DNA of 64,000 bases from an uncultured Flavobacteriales bacterium (GTDB lineage Bacteria; Bacteroidota; Bacteroidia; Flavobacteriales; BACL11), in the NCBI GenBank assembly GCA_905612305.1, contig CAJQRK010000019.1, positions 25,811-89,810 on the forward strand. The letters run 5' to 3'. Position 1 is the stretch's first letter. Each line of letters begins with the position of its first letter. Both the position numbers and the translations under genes were made by a program. The notes beneath the pieces were generated by a model that was not told the DNA's origin, made no database searches, and saw only the letters and a program-made list of their open reading frames with translations. This document shows, one piece after another, positions 35,586-46,156 of the stretch.

Positions 35586-36653
35586 TCAATGCTTAATATC
35601 AGCAACAAATTGTTTTATTTGTTGTTCATCTTCTTTTTTACAAACAAGTAGTATTCCATCATTTTCAACAACAATATAACCATTTAAACCCTGCAGCACT
35701 ACTAATTTATCCTTTGGCACATTAATAATATTATTAGCTGATCCATATAGTCTAACGGAATCACCTTGCACAGCATTATTATTTTCATCTAAATCCATTT
35801 GAGTATATAACGAGCCCCAAGTACCTAAATCGCTCCATCCCAAATCAGCAGGATACACATATACATTAGCTGATTTTTCCATAATCCCATAATCTATAGA
35901 TATATTCTTGCAGCCTGGAAAAACCCTATCAATATACTCAACTTCTTTTTCAGTATTATAGTACGCTTTCCCTTCTTCAAACAAATCATATATATCGCGC
36001 AAATGTTTACGATACGCTAATGTTATTGATTTGGCGCTCCAAATAAACATGCCTGAATTCCACAGAAAATCACCACTATCAATAAATTGCAAGGCTAATT
36101 CTTGATTTGGTTTTTCAGTAAAGGTTTTTACTTTTCTTACTTCCTTATGTCCCACCAAATCCTGATCAGTAAACTGAATATAGCCATAACCTATTTCAGG
36201 TCTGCTAGGAGTAATTCCTAGCGTTAAAAGCACATCATTTTTAGCGCTCACTTCCAAGCAATCATTCATCACTCTTACGAACTCATCTTCTTTTATTATA
36301 ACATGATCAGATGCCGCAATAATCATATTTGCTTCAGGATTTTCACTTTGTATTTTGAAAGCAGCAAATGCTACGCAGGGTGCAGTATTACGCATTACGG
36401 GTTCGCATAATATATTTTTTTCTACAAGATATGGAAGCTGCTCTAAACACAAATTTCTGTAATTTTTATTGGTAACTATCAGTATATTTTTAGTAGGACA
36501 GACTCTTGATAACCGGTTAAAAGTCTGTTGTATTAAGGTTTCTCCGGTTCCTAAAATATCTAAAAATTGCTTTGGACAAGTTGACTTACTCATTGGCCAA
36601 AATCGGGAACCTATCCCGCCCGCCATAATTACTGCATAATTGTTTTTATTCAT
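35586..36653 (-). CDS. Mannose-1-phosphate guanylyltransferase (sugar nucleotidyltransferase)
   Basis: AVIMAGGIGSRFWPMS (GGxGxRxxP) N-terminus. 355 aa with a GMP-type layout. Confidence 0.8.
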   Translation of the reverse strand: MNKNNYAVIMAGGIGSRFWPMSKSTCPKQFLDILGTGETLIQQTFNRLSRVCPTKNILIVTNKNYRNLCLEQLPYLVEKNILCEPVMRNTAPCVAFAAFKIQSENPEANMIIAASDHVIIKEDEFVRVMNDCLEVSAKNDVLLTLGITPSRPEIGYGYIQFTDQDLVGHKEVRKVKTFTEKPNQELALQFIDSGDFLWNSGMFIWSAKSITLAYRKHLRDIYDLFEEGKAYYNTEKEVEYIDRVFPGCKNISIDYGIMEKSANVYVYPADLGWSDLGTWGSLYTQMDLDENNNAVQGDSVRLYGSANNIINVPKDKLVVLQGLNGYIVVENDGILLVCKKEDEQQIKQFVADIKH

Positions 36654-36708
36654 CTTCTATTTCTTTTGTCAATTATTGATTGCAAAAATACAACAAAAAA
36701 ACAAGCTC

Positions 36709-37296
36709 TTATTGCATTAGGATAACTTCTGCCAATGGGTGAAACAAATACACCTTATTACTGTCGCATTCAACACATTTATACCTCTTTCTTAATTGCT
36801 TTCCTTTTTTAAATATCTTCCCATTTGAAGTTGAAAAAATACTCCCATCCTTAATATCTGAAATGGTAAGTGCCTTTTTATGATCATACTTTTTTAATAT
36901 AGCTGCCAAATTTACATCCGTAAAAGTAGAAGCCTTAGGCTTTTTTAAATGTGTACTCAACACTTCAAGTATATCATTAGGGAAAATTGCTGGGTTCAAA
37001 AAATTTAACATCATGGATTTGAAAGCCTCCTGCCACTGAGCGCCATGAGGGGAAACGCCTATTTTATACTTCACATACACAAAAGCATGTGCCAATTCAT
37101 GGGTTAAAGTAATTAAAAAAGAATAGGGATTCAAATCATTATTTATACTAACAAATAAAGTATTCTTCACTACTTTAAAGTCGCCCAACTTGGTTCTTCT
37201 AGGATTTGTAATATTAATCTTAACATCTAGTTCATTAATCCAATCATTAATTTTTTGTAAAGAAGGTGCTGGCAAGAATACTTTTAAAGCATCCAT
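36709..37296 (-). CDS. SprT-like zinc-metalloprotease domain protein
   Basis: HELAH motif (LTHELAHAF) and a C-terminal CxxC (YKCVECD). Confidence 0.65.
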   Translation of the reverse strand: MDALKVFLPAPSLQKINDWINELDVKINITNPRRTKLGDFKVVKNTLFVSINNDLNPYSFLITLTHELAHAFVYVKYKIGVSPHGAQWQEAFKSMMLNFLNPAIFPNDILEVLSTHLKKPKASTFTDVNLAAILKKYDHKKALTISDIKDGSIFSTSNGKIFKKGKQLRKRYKCVECDSNKVYLFHPLAEVILMQ

Positions 37297-39374
37297 TAAC
37301 TCAGTATTTGATAAGCTATAAAGCTAGAGAGATAAGCCAAAACACCCATGTATAAAAACTGAATTACTGGCCATTTCCAATGCTTTGTTTCGCGGTACAC
37401 AATTGCCAAAGTACTCATGCATTGCATAGCAAAGGCGTAAAATAACATTAAAGAAATCCCAACTGCAGGAGTAAAAAATGCTTCTCCTGTTTCTTGATTT
37501 TTTACATTCTTTAAGCGTTCTTGTATGGACTGTATATTATCATCCCCTACGCTATATATAGTTGACATAGTGCCCACAAAGACCTCCCGTGCTGCAAAAG
37601 ATGTAATTAATGAAATTCCAATTTTCCAATCAAAACCTAAGGGTTTAATAGCAGGCTCAATTGTTTTCCCGATTATTCCCGCATAGGAAGCCTCTAATTT
37701 ATCAGCTGCTATATGCATTTCAGCATCTTCTTTTCCTGTCCATTTTTGTTCAATTTGTTCAAACTTTTTTCCTGGAGCAAAAGAAGAAAGCACCCATAAT
37801 ACTATTGAGATAGCAATAATAATTTTACCGGCATCAAACAGAAATATTTTTACTTTTTCAACAATAGTATAGATTACAGTTTTCCAGTCTGGGATTTTAT
37901 AAGATGGCATTTCCATAATATAATTGGAGCTCTCTTTTGATTTTATAATAAACTTCATAAGGAAAGCCACTCCTATTGCAGCCAGAAATCCAAGGAGATA
38001 AAAGGCCATCATCACCAAGCCTTGCAGATTAAATCCTAAAAATTCATCTGGAGGAATAATCATTGAAATGATTAAAGCATAAACAGGCAAACGAGCAGAA
38101 CAAGACATAAGAGGGGTTACCATGATCGTTATCAGGCGTTCCTTCCAAGAAGAAATAGTGCGAGCCGACATGATAGCAGGTACAGCACAAGCAGCACCAC
38201 TCAGTAGAGGAATAATCGACCTTCCGTTTAGGCCAACACCTCTTAATAATTTATCCGTAATAAAACTTACCCGAGCCATATATCCTGTGTCTTCCAAAAA
38301 GGCAATAAAAGCAAATAGAAATGCAATCTGAGGCACAAAAATAAAAATACCACCCAGTCCTGCTAAAATCCCATTTACTACCAAATCATTCAACATGCCT
38401 TTTGGCATAGCATTGGCAGTCCAAATTGACAAGTCGGTGAATAAGCCATCAATTAATTCCATTGGATAAGCTGACCATGAAAAAACCGCCTGAAACAATA
38501 AAAATAGAACTGACAGAAAAATAATATACCCAAAAAAAGGATGAATTAATAAGTCATCCAGTTTTTTAGTAAATTGATATTTTCCTACTGGAGCTCCTTT
38601 TTTAACGCAAGAAAAAATAACTTTGTCAATTGCCTTATACCTTTTTACCGTTTCTTTTGCTTGTATGCGTTCAGGTATAATCTCATGCTGTTTGCACAAT
38701 TGATTTAAGGCACATCTATTTAATAATTCGCCACTTAATTTTTGTTTACATAAAGTCAAGAATGAGGCATAATTGTTCTCTACACCTCTAATTTCATTCG
38801 CCTTTTCAATTACATCTTTAAAAATTTTAGTAACATCCAGAAACGGTTTTTTTGGTTTTTCATCAATAGTTTTTATAATTACCTGTTTCAAACTTTCAAT
38901 CCCTTGTCCTTTTCGGGCATTAATAGCAACGACTTGTATTCCTAATTCTTCCGACAATAAATTCACATTAACAAGTATTCCTTTTTTGGTAGCAATATCC
39001 ACCATATTTAAAGCTAACACAACATTCATCTTCAGATCAATAACTTGTGTAAGTAAAAAAATGGAACGCCTTAAATTGGTCGCATCAGCAATTACAATAG
39101 TTACATCCGGATAATCCTCATCTGTATTATTACACAGCACTTGTTGTGCAACCTGTTCATCCATTGATTTTGGAAATAATGAATAAGTGCCTGGTAAATC
39201 AATTATCTCAATATTATATTCATCTGACAATTTAGCTTTACCACTTTTCTTCTCAACCGTAATTCCCGGGTAATTACCTACTTTTTGCTTTAAACCCGTA
39301 AAGGCATTAAACAAAGTAGTTTTACCCGAATTTGGGTTTCCAGCCAAAGCAATTTTAATTTGCTTTTTACTCAT
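37296..39374 (-). CDS. feoB: Ferrous iron transporter FeoB
   Basis: N-terminal G-domain GNPNSGKTTLFN and DLPGTYS, followed by a polytopic membrane domain. 692 aa. Confidence 0.95.
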   Translation of the reverse strand: MSKKQIKIALAGNPNSGKTTLFNAFTGLKQKVGNYPGITVEKKSGKAKLSDEYNIEIIDLPGTYSLFPKSMDEQVAQQVLCNNTDEDYPDVTIVIADATNLRRSIFLLTQVIDLKMNVVLALNMVDIATKKGILVNVNLLSEELGIQVVAINARKGQGIESLKQVIIKTIDEKPKKPFLDVTKIFKDVIEKANEIRGVENNYASFLTLCKQKLSGELLNRCALNQLCKQHEIIPERIQAKETVKRYKAIDKVIFSCVKKGAPVGKYQFTKKLDDLLIHPFFGYIIFLSVLFLLFQAVFSWSAYPMELIDGLFTDLSIWTANAMPKGMLNDLVVNGILAGLGGIFIFVPQIAFLFAFIAFLEDTGYMARVSFITDKLLRGVGLNGRSIIPLLSGAACAVPAIMSARTISSWKERLITIMVTPLMSCSARLPVYALIISMIIPPDEFLGFNLQGLVMMAFYLLGFLAAIGVAFLMKFIIKSKESSNYIMEMPSYKIPDWKTVIYTIVEKVKIFLFDAGKIIIAISIVLWVLSSFAPGKKFEQIEQKWTGKEDAEMHIAADKLEASYAGIIGKTIEPAIKPLGFDWKIGISLITSFAAREVFVGTMSTIYSVGDDNIQSIQERLKNVKNQETGEAFFTPAVGISLMLFYAFAMQCMSTLAIVYRETKHWKWPVIQFLYMGVLAYLSSFIAYQILS

Positions 39375-39600
39375 CTTTCAATAATTGTACATCAATTTTT
39401 AAAGCGTCTTCTTTCCTGACACTCAGCACATAAGAAGAAACTAATATAGCAACAGGACCTCCAAAAGAAGCTCTTCTGACAACTTCAATTTTCTCTCCGG
39501 GAGTACACCCCATTTCTAATAATTTCTGTTCCAAATCACTATCAGAGATTGATCGTATTTCTCCCTTAGTACCTATTGCTAAATTAGCTAGTTTTTGCAT
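39367..39600 (-). CDS. feoA: FeoA family protein
   Basis: 77 aa, SH3-like (LLEMGCTPGEKIEV), and it overlaps the feoB start. Confidence 0.85.
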   Translation of the reverse strand: MQKLANLAIGTKGEIRSISDSDLEQKLLEMGCTPGEKIEVVRRASFGGPVAILVSSYVLSVRKEDALKIDVQLLKDE

Positions 39601-39653
39601 GGAGGCAAATATAGTTATTTAGAATCAATCTAAAGTAAAAATAAAGCGAAATA

Positions 39654-39782
39654 TTAAGGGGTGTAACTTTGAATAGAGGAAAAATTAGGACAAGTATTGC
39701 AACCGTTTTTTTTAGTCACCTCGCAAGAAGTAAGCAAAAATAAAACAATAATAAATAAAAGATAATATTTTTGTATTTTCAT
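39654..39782 (-). CDS. Possible 42-aa small lipoprotein upstream of feoAB (MKIQKYYLLFIIVLFLLTSCEVTKKNGCNTCPNFSSIQSYTP)
   Basis: It is below the ORF-track cutoff. It has a signal peptide with lipobox L-T-S-C, and the mature peptide contains CxxC (C-N-T-C). Confidence 0.4.
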   Translation of the reverse strand: MKIQKYYLLFIIVLFLLTSCEVTKKNGCNTCPNFSSIQSYTP

Positions 39783-39824
39783 AATGATGTGCAAATTTAA
39801 ATAAATTACTTAATTTCCGCCAAT

Positions 39825-40565
39825 ATGACAAAACTACTTCACCACCTAGGACTATACTTCATTATGATGAAGAAAGTCATAAGTATTCCTGAAAAATGGA
39901 GTGTTTTCAGAAAACAGCTCGTCTTAGAGATCGAAAAAGTTGGCCTCAATTCAGTAGGTCTGGTAATTATACTTTCATTTTTTGTAGGAGCAGTAATTAG
40001 TATACAAACAGCATTCAACATGTCTAGCCCCTTACTCCCATCTTATCTTGTAGGCTTAGCTAGTCGAGATTCATTAATTCTAGAATTTTCTCCCACTATG
40101 ATTTCATTAATCTTAGCAGGCAAAGTAGGCTCAAGTATAGCCTCAGAAATAGGTAGTATGCGTGTAACTGAACAAATTGACGCCCTTGAAATCATGGGAA
40201 TTAATTCGGCTTCCTTTCTTATTTTTCCTAAAATAATTGCTGCTATTTTCTTTTTCCCCTTCCTAATAATACTGAGTATGGGTATTGGAATAATAGGTGC
40301 GTGGGTTGGAGGATTATCTGCAGATGTAGCTACTGCAGATTTTATTGGCGGATTAAAATATGAGTTCAACCCATTTTACATTACCTATGCAGTTATTAAA
40401 ACTGTCTTTTTTGCATTTATCATATCTTCTGTTTCAGCTTATTATGGCTACCATACTAAAGGTGGTGCAATAGCAGTTGGAAAATCGAGCACTACAGCTG
40501 TTGTATCAAGTAGTATTTTAATACTACTATTTAACTATTTATTAACCGACATAATATTATCATGA
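39825..40565 (+). CDS. mlaE: MlaE-family ABC transporter permease
   Basis: 246 aa. The motif EIGSMRVTEQIDALEIMG is typical of MlaE/Ttg2B permeases. Confidence 0.85.
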   Translation: MTKLLHHLGLYFIMMKKVISIPEKWSVFRKQLVLEIEKVGLNSVGLVIILSFFVGAVISIQTAFNMSSPLLPSYLVGLASRDSLILEFSPTMISLILAGKVGSSIASEIGSMRVTEQIDALEIMGINSASFLIFPKIIAAIFFFPFLIILSMGIGIIGAWVGGLSADVATADFIGGLKYEFNPFYITYAVIKTVFFAFIISSVSAYYGYHTKGGAIAVGKSSTTAVVSSSILILLFNYLLTDIILS

Positions 40566-41323
40566 TAGAGGTGCGAAATATTGAAAAACATTTTGGGAAT
40601 AATTATGTGCTGAAAAACGTAAGTTTTATTTTTGAAAAAGGAAAAACAAACCTAATAATTGGCGAGAGTGGTTCAGGAAAAACAACATTAATAAAAATAC
40701 TGATTGGTTTACACAAAATAGATAGTGGAGCCGTACTATTTGATGGCATAAATTTTAATGCCATAAAAACAAAAGAACAGAGAATCCTCAGGCAAGAGAT
40801 TGGCATGCTTTTTCAAGCAGGAGCGCTTTACGATTCCATGACGGTTGAAGAAAATATTATGTTTCCCTTATCTATGTTTACTGACAAAACGGAAGAAGAA
40901 AAATTGAATCGCGTAAATTTTTGTCTGAAAAGAGTAAACCTTGAGGGAAAAAATAATTTATTGCCTGCTGAACTAAGTGGAGGAATGACAAAAAGAGTTG
41001 CTATTGCCCGAGCAATAGTTATGCAGCCAAAGTACTTATTATGTGACGAACCTAACTCAGGGCTTGATCCTAAAACCGCCATCATCATTGACAATCTTAT
41101 ACAAGAAATTACCAAAGAATACAACATTACTACAATTGTGAATACGCACGACATGAACTCGGTAATGGAGATAGGAGAAAATATCGCTTTTATTAATCAT
41201 GGCGAAATATGGTGGAGCGGAAACAAAGATGAACTGCTTAATTCTGAAAATACAGAATTAAATAATTTTGTTTTTGCATCTAAACTATTTAAACGATTGA
41301 AACAGGAGGATGAAAAATGTTAG
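40562..41323 (+). CDS. mlaF: MlaF-like ABC transporter ATP-binding protein
   Basis: Walker [10 protein letters not shown], signature LSGGMTKR, Walker B LLCDEP. It overlaps the mlaE stop. Confidence 0.85.
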   Translation: MIEVRNIEKHFGNNYVLKNVSFIFEKGKTNLIIGESGSGKTTLIKILIGLHKIDSGAVLFDGINFNAIKTKEQRILRQEIGMLFQAGALYDSMTVEENIMFPLSMFTDKTEEEKLNRVNFCLKRVNLEGKNNLLPAELSGGMTKRVAIARAIVMQPKYLLCDEPNSGLDPKTAIIIDNLIQEITKEYNITTIVNTHDMNSVMEIGENIAFINHGEIWWSGNKDELLNSENTELNNFVFASKLFKRLKQEDEKC

Positions 41324-42068
41324 AGCAAAAAAACATTTAGGACAACATTTCTTAACTGATGAGCAAATTGCATTAAACATTACCGATTTATTGAGTAATG
41401 AAACAGAAAATGTAGTAGAAGTAGGTCCTGGAATGGGAGTACTTACTCAGTTTTTAGTTAAACAGGATTTTACAACAGAGGTAGTTGAAATTGATACTGA
41501 AAGTGTATTTTACCTTAGATTAAATTACCCTCAATTGGCCGATAAAATTACTGAAGGAGATTTTCTGCAACTCAATTTAGAAGAAAAATACCCGTATACC
41601 TTTTCGTTAATTGGTAATTTTCCTTATAACATATCATCTCAAATTCTTTTTAAGGCTTTTGAAAACAGAAATCAAATTCCTGAAGTTATTGGCATGTTTC
41701 AAAAAGAAGTAGCCGAGCGAGTAGCTTGTAAAAAAGGAAAAAAAAGAGGAATACTATCTGTATTTTTACAAGCATTTTATGACATAGAATATTGTTTTAC
41801 GGTAAATGAAGATGTTTTCACTCCTCCACCAAAAGTAAAATCAGGAGTAATAAAATTAGTACGTAACAGTAGAAAAGAATTACCTGTTGATGAACAAAAA
41901 TTTAAACGAGTAGTAAAAGCAGGGTTTAACCAAAGGAGAAAGATATTAAGAAACGCCTTAAAGCCTTTCATTTTAATAAATGAAAGTGAAATAGCAAATT
42001 TACTGCCTTTACGAGCTGAACAATTATCAGTTGATGATTTCATAAAACTCACAAATCATGTCGGATAA
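41310..42068 (+). CDS. rsmA: 16S rRNA (adenine1518/1519-N6)-dimethyltransferase
   Basis: [16 protein letters not shown] and GNFPYNISS motifs. Confidence 0.93.
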   Translation: MKNVRAKKHLGQHFLTDEQIALNITDLLSNETENVVEVGPGMGVLTQFLVKQDFTTEVVEIDTESVFYLRLNYPQLADKITEGDFLQLNLEEKYPYTFSLIGNFPYNISSQILFKAFENRNQIPEVIGMFQKEVAERVACKKGKKRGILSVFLQAFYDIEYCFTVNEDVFTPPPKVKSGVIKLVRNSRKELPVDEQKFKRVVKAGFNQRRKILRNALKPFILINESEIANLLPLRAEQLSVDDFIKLTNHVG

Positions 42069-43410
42069 ATTAGAAGTAAATAGTGCTTATATTGATCAAT
42101 TAACTGTATTAATTGAGGCAAATAAGTCCCAAGAGTTAATCAAAATACTAGATGAACTTCATATTGCTGATATTTCTGAAATTATTGAAGACTTATCATT
42201 AGAAAACGCCAAACACCTTTATGATCTAATTTCTGATGAAGAAAAATCAGCAGCCGTATTGGTGGAAATTGAAGGTGACACAAGAGAGGATTTATTAGCC
42301 AACTTAACAGCAAAAGAAATTGCAGAAGAGGTAATTGACAACTTAGAATCAGATGATGCTGCAGATATAATTGGAGAATTATCAGAAGATAAGAAAGAAG
42401 AGGTTCTTTCTCATGTTGAGGATATTGAACATGCTAGTGACATTAGTGATTTATTAGCCTATCCTGAAGATACTGCAGGAGGGTTAATGGCAAAAGAACT
42501 GATAAAGGTAAATGAAAACTGGAATACTCTGCAATGCCTTAAAGAAATGCGCAAACAAGCAGAGGATATAAAAAAAGTATATACTATCTATGTAGTGGAT
42601 GATGATAAGAAACTGCTAGGATCACTATCTCTAAAGCAATTATTATTGACCGAAAAGAGTTCGGCAATCAAAAGTATAGTAAACACCGATATAGTATCGG
42701 TTAATGTAAATGAAGATGATGAGGATGTTGCTAATATCATGAATAAATACGACTTAATTGCCTTACCAGTAGTTGATGATTTGAATAGACTGATAGGGAG
42801 AATTACATTTGATGATGTAATGGATGTAGTAAAGGAAGAAGCTGAAAGAGATTACCAAATGGCTTCAGGTATATCAGAGGATGTAGAAAGCAGTGATAGT
42901 GTTTGGGAGCTAACTCGGGCACGATTACCATGGCTACTTATTGGGATGATTGGAGGGCTACTAGGGGCAAAAGTAATAGGAATTTTTGATTTAGAAAATA
43001 ATTTTGAATTGGCGTTTTTTATTCCACTAATTGCTGCAATGGGAGGTAATGTTGGGGTGCAATCAGCTGCAATTGTAGTGCAAGGGCTAGCAAATGATTC
43101 CTTGAAAATGGAAAATCTCTTTCGGAAATTGACAAAAGAACTTGGTGTAGGTTTGTTGAATGGGATTATTTGTTCTGTTATTATTTTAGGAGCAGCATTT
43201 GGTCTAGGCTATGGAATAGAACTTAGCCTTACAGTAAGCATCTCTTTATTGGTAGTTGTCGTATTCGCAGCACTTTTTGGCACTTTTGTGCCTTTAACTT
43301 TGGAAAAATATAAAATTGATCCAGCTCTAGCAACGGGACCCTTTATTACTACTATAAATGATATATTAGGATTATTTATTTACTTTATGATCGGACAAGC
43401 AATTCTTTAA
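42058..43410 (+). CDS. mgtE: Magnesium transporter MgtE
   Basis: N-terminal MgtE_N domain, a CBS pair and a 5-TM channel containing GGNVGVQS. Confidence 0.93.
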   Translation: MSDKLEVNSAYIDQLTVLIEANKSQELIKILDELHIADISEIIEDLSLENAKHLYDLISDEEKSAAVLVEIEGDTREDLLANLTAKEIAEEVIDNLESDDAADIIGELSEDKKEEVLSHVEDIEHASDISDLLAYPEDTAGGLMAKELIKVNENWNTLQCLKEMRKQAEDIKKVYTIYVVDDDKKLLGSLSLKQLLLTEKSSAIKSIVNTDIVSVNVNEDDEDVANIMNKYDLIALPVVDDLNRLIGRITFDDVMDVVKEEAERDYQMASGISEDVESSDSVWELTRARLPWLLIGMIGGLLGAKVIGIFDLENNFELAFFIPLIAAMGGNVGVQSAAIVVQGLANDSLKMENLFRKLTKELGVGLLNGIICSVIILGAAFGLGYGIELSLTVSISLLVVVVFAALFGTFVPLTLEKYKIDPALATGPFITTINDILGLFIYFMIGQAIL

Positions 43411-43411
43411 A

Positions 43412-44338
43412 ATGAAAATCTTATTTATTGATACCGTTCATCCTTTTTTAAAACAGGAATTAGAAAAGCAAAATTATATTTGCGATACGGCTTACGATAA
43501 AAGTAAAGCTGAAATTCAAGAAATCATTCATAATTATCAAGCAATAATCATCAGAAGTAGATTTACAATCGACAAGAAATTTATTGATTATGCCTCTGAA
43601 CTAAAATTTATTGCCAGAGCTGGTAGCGGATTAGACAACATTGATGTAAACTATGCTAAAAGTAAAAACATTGATTGCTACAATGCTGGAGAGGGCAACC
43701 GACAAGCTGTAGCGGAACATGCACTTGGGATGCTCCTTTCTCTTTTCAATAACTTAAATAAAGCTGATCAAGAGGTGAAAAATGGAAAATGGGAAAGAGA
43801 AGAAAATAGAGGCATAGAACTTTCTGGCAAAACCATAGGAATTATTGGTTATGGAAATAATGGCTCTGCTTTTGCGGAAGTACTAAAAGGATTTGATATT
43901 ACAATTTTAGCATACGATAAATATTTAACAGAATACCCTTATCAAAGTACTATGGATAGCATTTTCAAACAAGCAGACATAGTGAGTTTGCATGTGCCTC
44001 TAACTGCTGAAACTACTTATTTAGTAAATGATGATTTCATTCATAAATTTGAAAAATCCTTTTATCTCATCAATACTGCTAGGGGGAAATGCGCAAACAC
44101 TAAGAGCTTAGTTTTAGCTTTAGAAAAAGGAAAAATCAAAGGTGCTTGCTTAGATGTATTGGAATATGAAAAAATATCATTTGAAAATTTAATTCAGGAA
44201 GGGTACACGACTGAAATGCAATATCTAATGGGTAGCCCTAAAACAATGCTTAGTCCACATATTGCTGGATGGACACGAGAAAGTAATGTGAAAATTACTG
44301 AAGTGTTGCTAAAAAAAATTACTTCTTCTGCTCAATAA
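43412..44338 (+). CDS. D-isomer-specific 2-hydroxyacid dehydrogenase family (phosphoglycerate dehydrogenase-like)
   Basis: NAD-binding site GIIGYGNNG, a catalytic R...E...H layout (NTARG, LDV.E.E, SPHIAG). Confidence 0.8.
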   Translation: MKILFIDTVHPFLKQELEKQNYICDTAYDKSKAEIQEIIHNYQAIIIRSRFTIDKKFIDYASELKFIARAGSGLDNIDVNYAKSKNIDCYNAGEGNRQAVAEHALGMLLSLFNNLNKADQEVKNGKWEREENRGIELSGKTIGIIGYGNNGSAFAEVLKGFDITILAYDKYLTEYPYQSTMDSIFKQADIVSLHVPLTAETTYLVNDDFIHKFEKSFYLINTARGKCANTKSLVLALEKGKIKGACLDVLEYEKISFENLIQEGYTTEMQYLMGSPKTMLSPHIAGWTRESNVKITEVLLKKITSSAQ

Positions 44339-46148
44339 GTAAACTAATCTCCTCTCTCATTTTTTGCATGCTATTCATAGCTTCCTTTAAAGAGTTACTG
44401 GTAGATTCTTTTACACTACTAAAAGTATCCTCAACTGAAGCAAACATCTCATTATAATAAGTAATTCCCTCATTCATATTATCCGTAAATCCATTTAAAT
44501 ATTTAGCAGATCTTCTTCCCCAATTATTTTTATGCTCTTCCACTTTTTCTGTCAGATATTTTAAATACATTGCTAGCTCATTAACAAACATATTAGGCCT
44601 GTCGGCACGAACAACGCCATCAATTCCATTATAAATATGATTTGTCATATCTGATAAGGTTAATTTTTTATCAAAATAAGCCATGTTTGGCCCAGGACAA
44701 ATAGACACACCTTTACTCTCACGCGTTTCAATGCCATAACTTATAACAGCAGTAGCGGCTAAACCCATACACAAGCAAACTTTATTAGTAATTTCATGCG
44801 AAATTCCTTGTTCTTCAATCTTATTTTTCTGAAATAAACGAGAGGCCGTACACACCCCTTCGGTACCATATTCATTGCTGAGGGCCAGAAATTTTCTTGG
44901 GCAAGGACTCCCCGGTTTTCCTTCTTCAATTTTTTGAAATTTTTCTACATCTTTTGAAGAATTACGCAAATTATTAAACGGAACTCCAAGTGGAGAAACA
45001 GCACTCAAATATAAATCTTTCTCTTTTGCATCTTGCAGTTGTTTCCTAGTTGCAGCATCAACAGTAGTGGCTTCTGGCACCAATAAAAACGGAGTCCCCC
45101 AACCCACAGAATCCAATTTGTAATGCTGAATTAGAAAATTATGTTCTTCAGCGGTAGCCACACCACCTTGTGCTGTGATTTTTATAGGCAAAGTTTTTTC
45201 AGGAATAGCTCGCTCATTTGTCTGCAAAGCTGCTTTACAAACTGCATAAGTATCCTCAATCAACTCTTGTCTTTTATCTCTGAACTCAGCAAGGATGGGT
45301 CCCATTAAATAGCCGTCAGTTGCAAAGGCATGTCCTCCGCAATTTAATCCTGATTCAATACGATATTCCGATATCCAAAGTCCTTTTTTGGCTAAAAACT
45401 TTCCCTGAATAACTGCAGATCTATAGTCAGAAACTTTTAAAATAATTTTCTTTTTAATGTAGCCATTTGTATCTGGAAAAAAATCATCAAATTCAGCAAT
45501 ATATCCATATAACCTTGGATTCATTCCTGCCGAAAAAATTACTGAAGATGCTAAATCAGAATTTGCATACCCTCTTAAACCGGCATGAGCATCATTATAT
45601 TCTGAAGGCAATTGTTCTTTTTTGAAGTAGTTAGTTTTATCAACTTTCGTCATGATGTTTACATCAATACTTCCAATTGATAAATTTTCTTTCAACCAAT
45701 CAGATAAATCCTCAAAACTAAATGAATTTGAAATTAAATCATTAAATTCCAACTTCATCTCATTAGTATCAGGCAGCATTGCAAAATACTTTTTTACTTC
45801 CGAAAATTTATCTTGAGTAGCAGTAGTGAATTCTTCAAATTTTTCTGAAGCAATTTTTTTTACCATATTTAGGTAAGCCGTAATTCTATCCGCACGATAA
45901 TCTTTCGTGTCATTTTTTATCTCCTGATAAAATAAATTATTTAAACCACTATAGTATTTTCGTAGGCGTTCCAACAACACGTCATCAGCCAAAGCAATTA
46001 CCGTATTAATTCCATAATGCGCAACCTTTAATGGTGTATCAGCCGTAAAGGCCGTACCCATTACCGGAATATGAAAAGTATGAGGTGGAGTCATAGATAC
46101 AGTGTTTTCAAAGTGCAAAGATACAGAATAATAAGAGGTATAAAGCAA
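44319..46148 (-). CDS. Large conserved-looking protein of unknown function (possible TIM-barrel enzyme)
   Basis: 609-aa ORF with a probable start at MTPPHTFHIPVMG (46094). Notable motifs are SGLNCGGHAF, QGGVATAEEH and CLCMGLA. I cannot place it in a family. Confidence 0.6.
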   Translation of the reverse strand: MLYTSYYSVSLHFENTVSMTPPHTFHIPVMGTAFTADTPLKVAHYGINTVIALADDVLLERLRKYYSGLNNLFYQEIKNDTKDYRADRITAYLNMVKKIASEKFEEFTTATQDKFSEVKKYFAMLPDTNEMKLEFNDLISNSFSFEDLSDWLKENLSIGSIDVNIMTKVDKTNYFKKEQLPSEYNDAHAGLRGYANSDLASSVIFSAGMNPRLYGYIAEFDDFFPDTNGYIKKKIILKVSDYRSAVIQGKFLAKKGLWISEYRIESGLNCGGHAFATDGYLMGPILAEFRDKRQELIEDTYAVCKAALQTNERAIPEKTLPIKITAQGGVATAEEHNFLIQHYKLDSVGWGTPFLLVPEATTVDAATRKQLQDAKEKDLYLSAVSPLGVPFNNLRNSSKDVEKFQKIEEGKPGSPCPRKFLALSNEYGTEGVCTASRLFQKNKIEEQGISHEITNKVCLCMGLAATAVISYGIETRESKGVSICPGPNMAYFDKKLTLSDMTNHIYNGIDGVVRADRPNMFVNELAMYLKYLTEKVEEHKNNWGRRSAKYLNGFTDNMNEGITYYNEMFASVEDTFSSVKESTSNSLKEAMNSMQKMREEISLLIEQKK

Positions 46149-46156
46149 GCTAAAAT

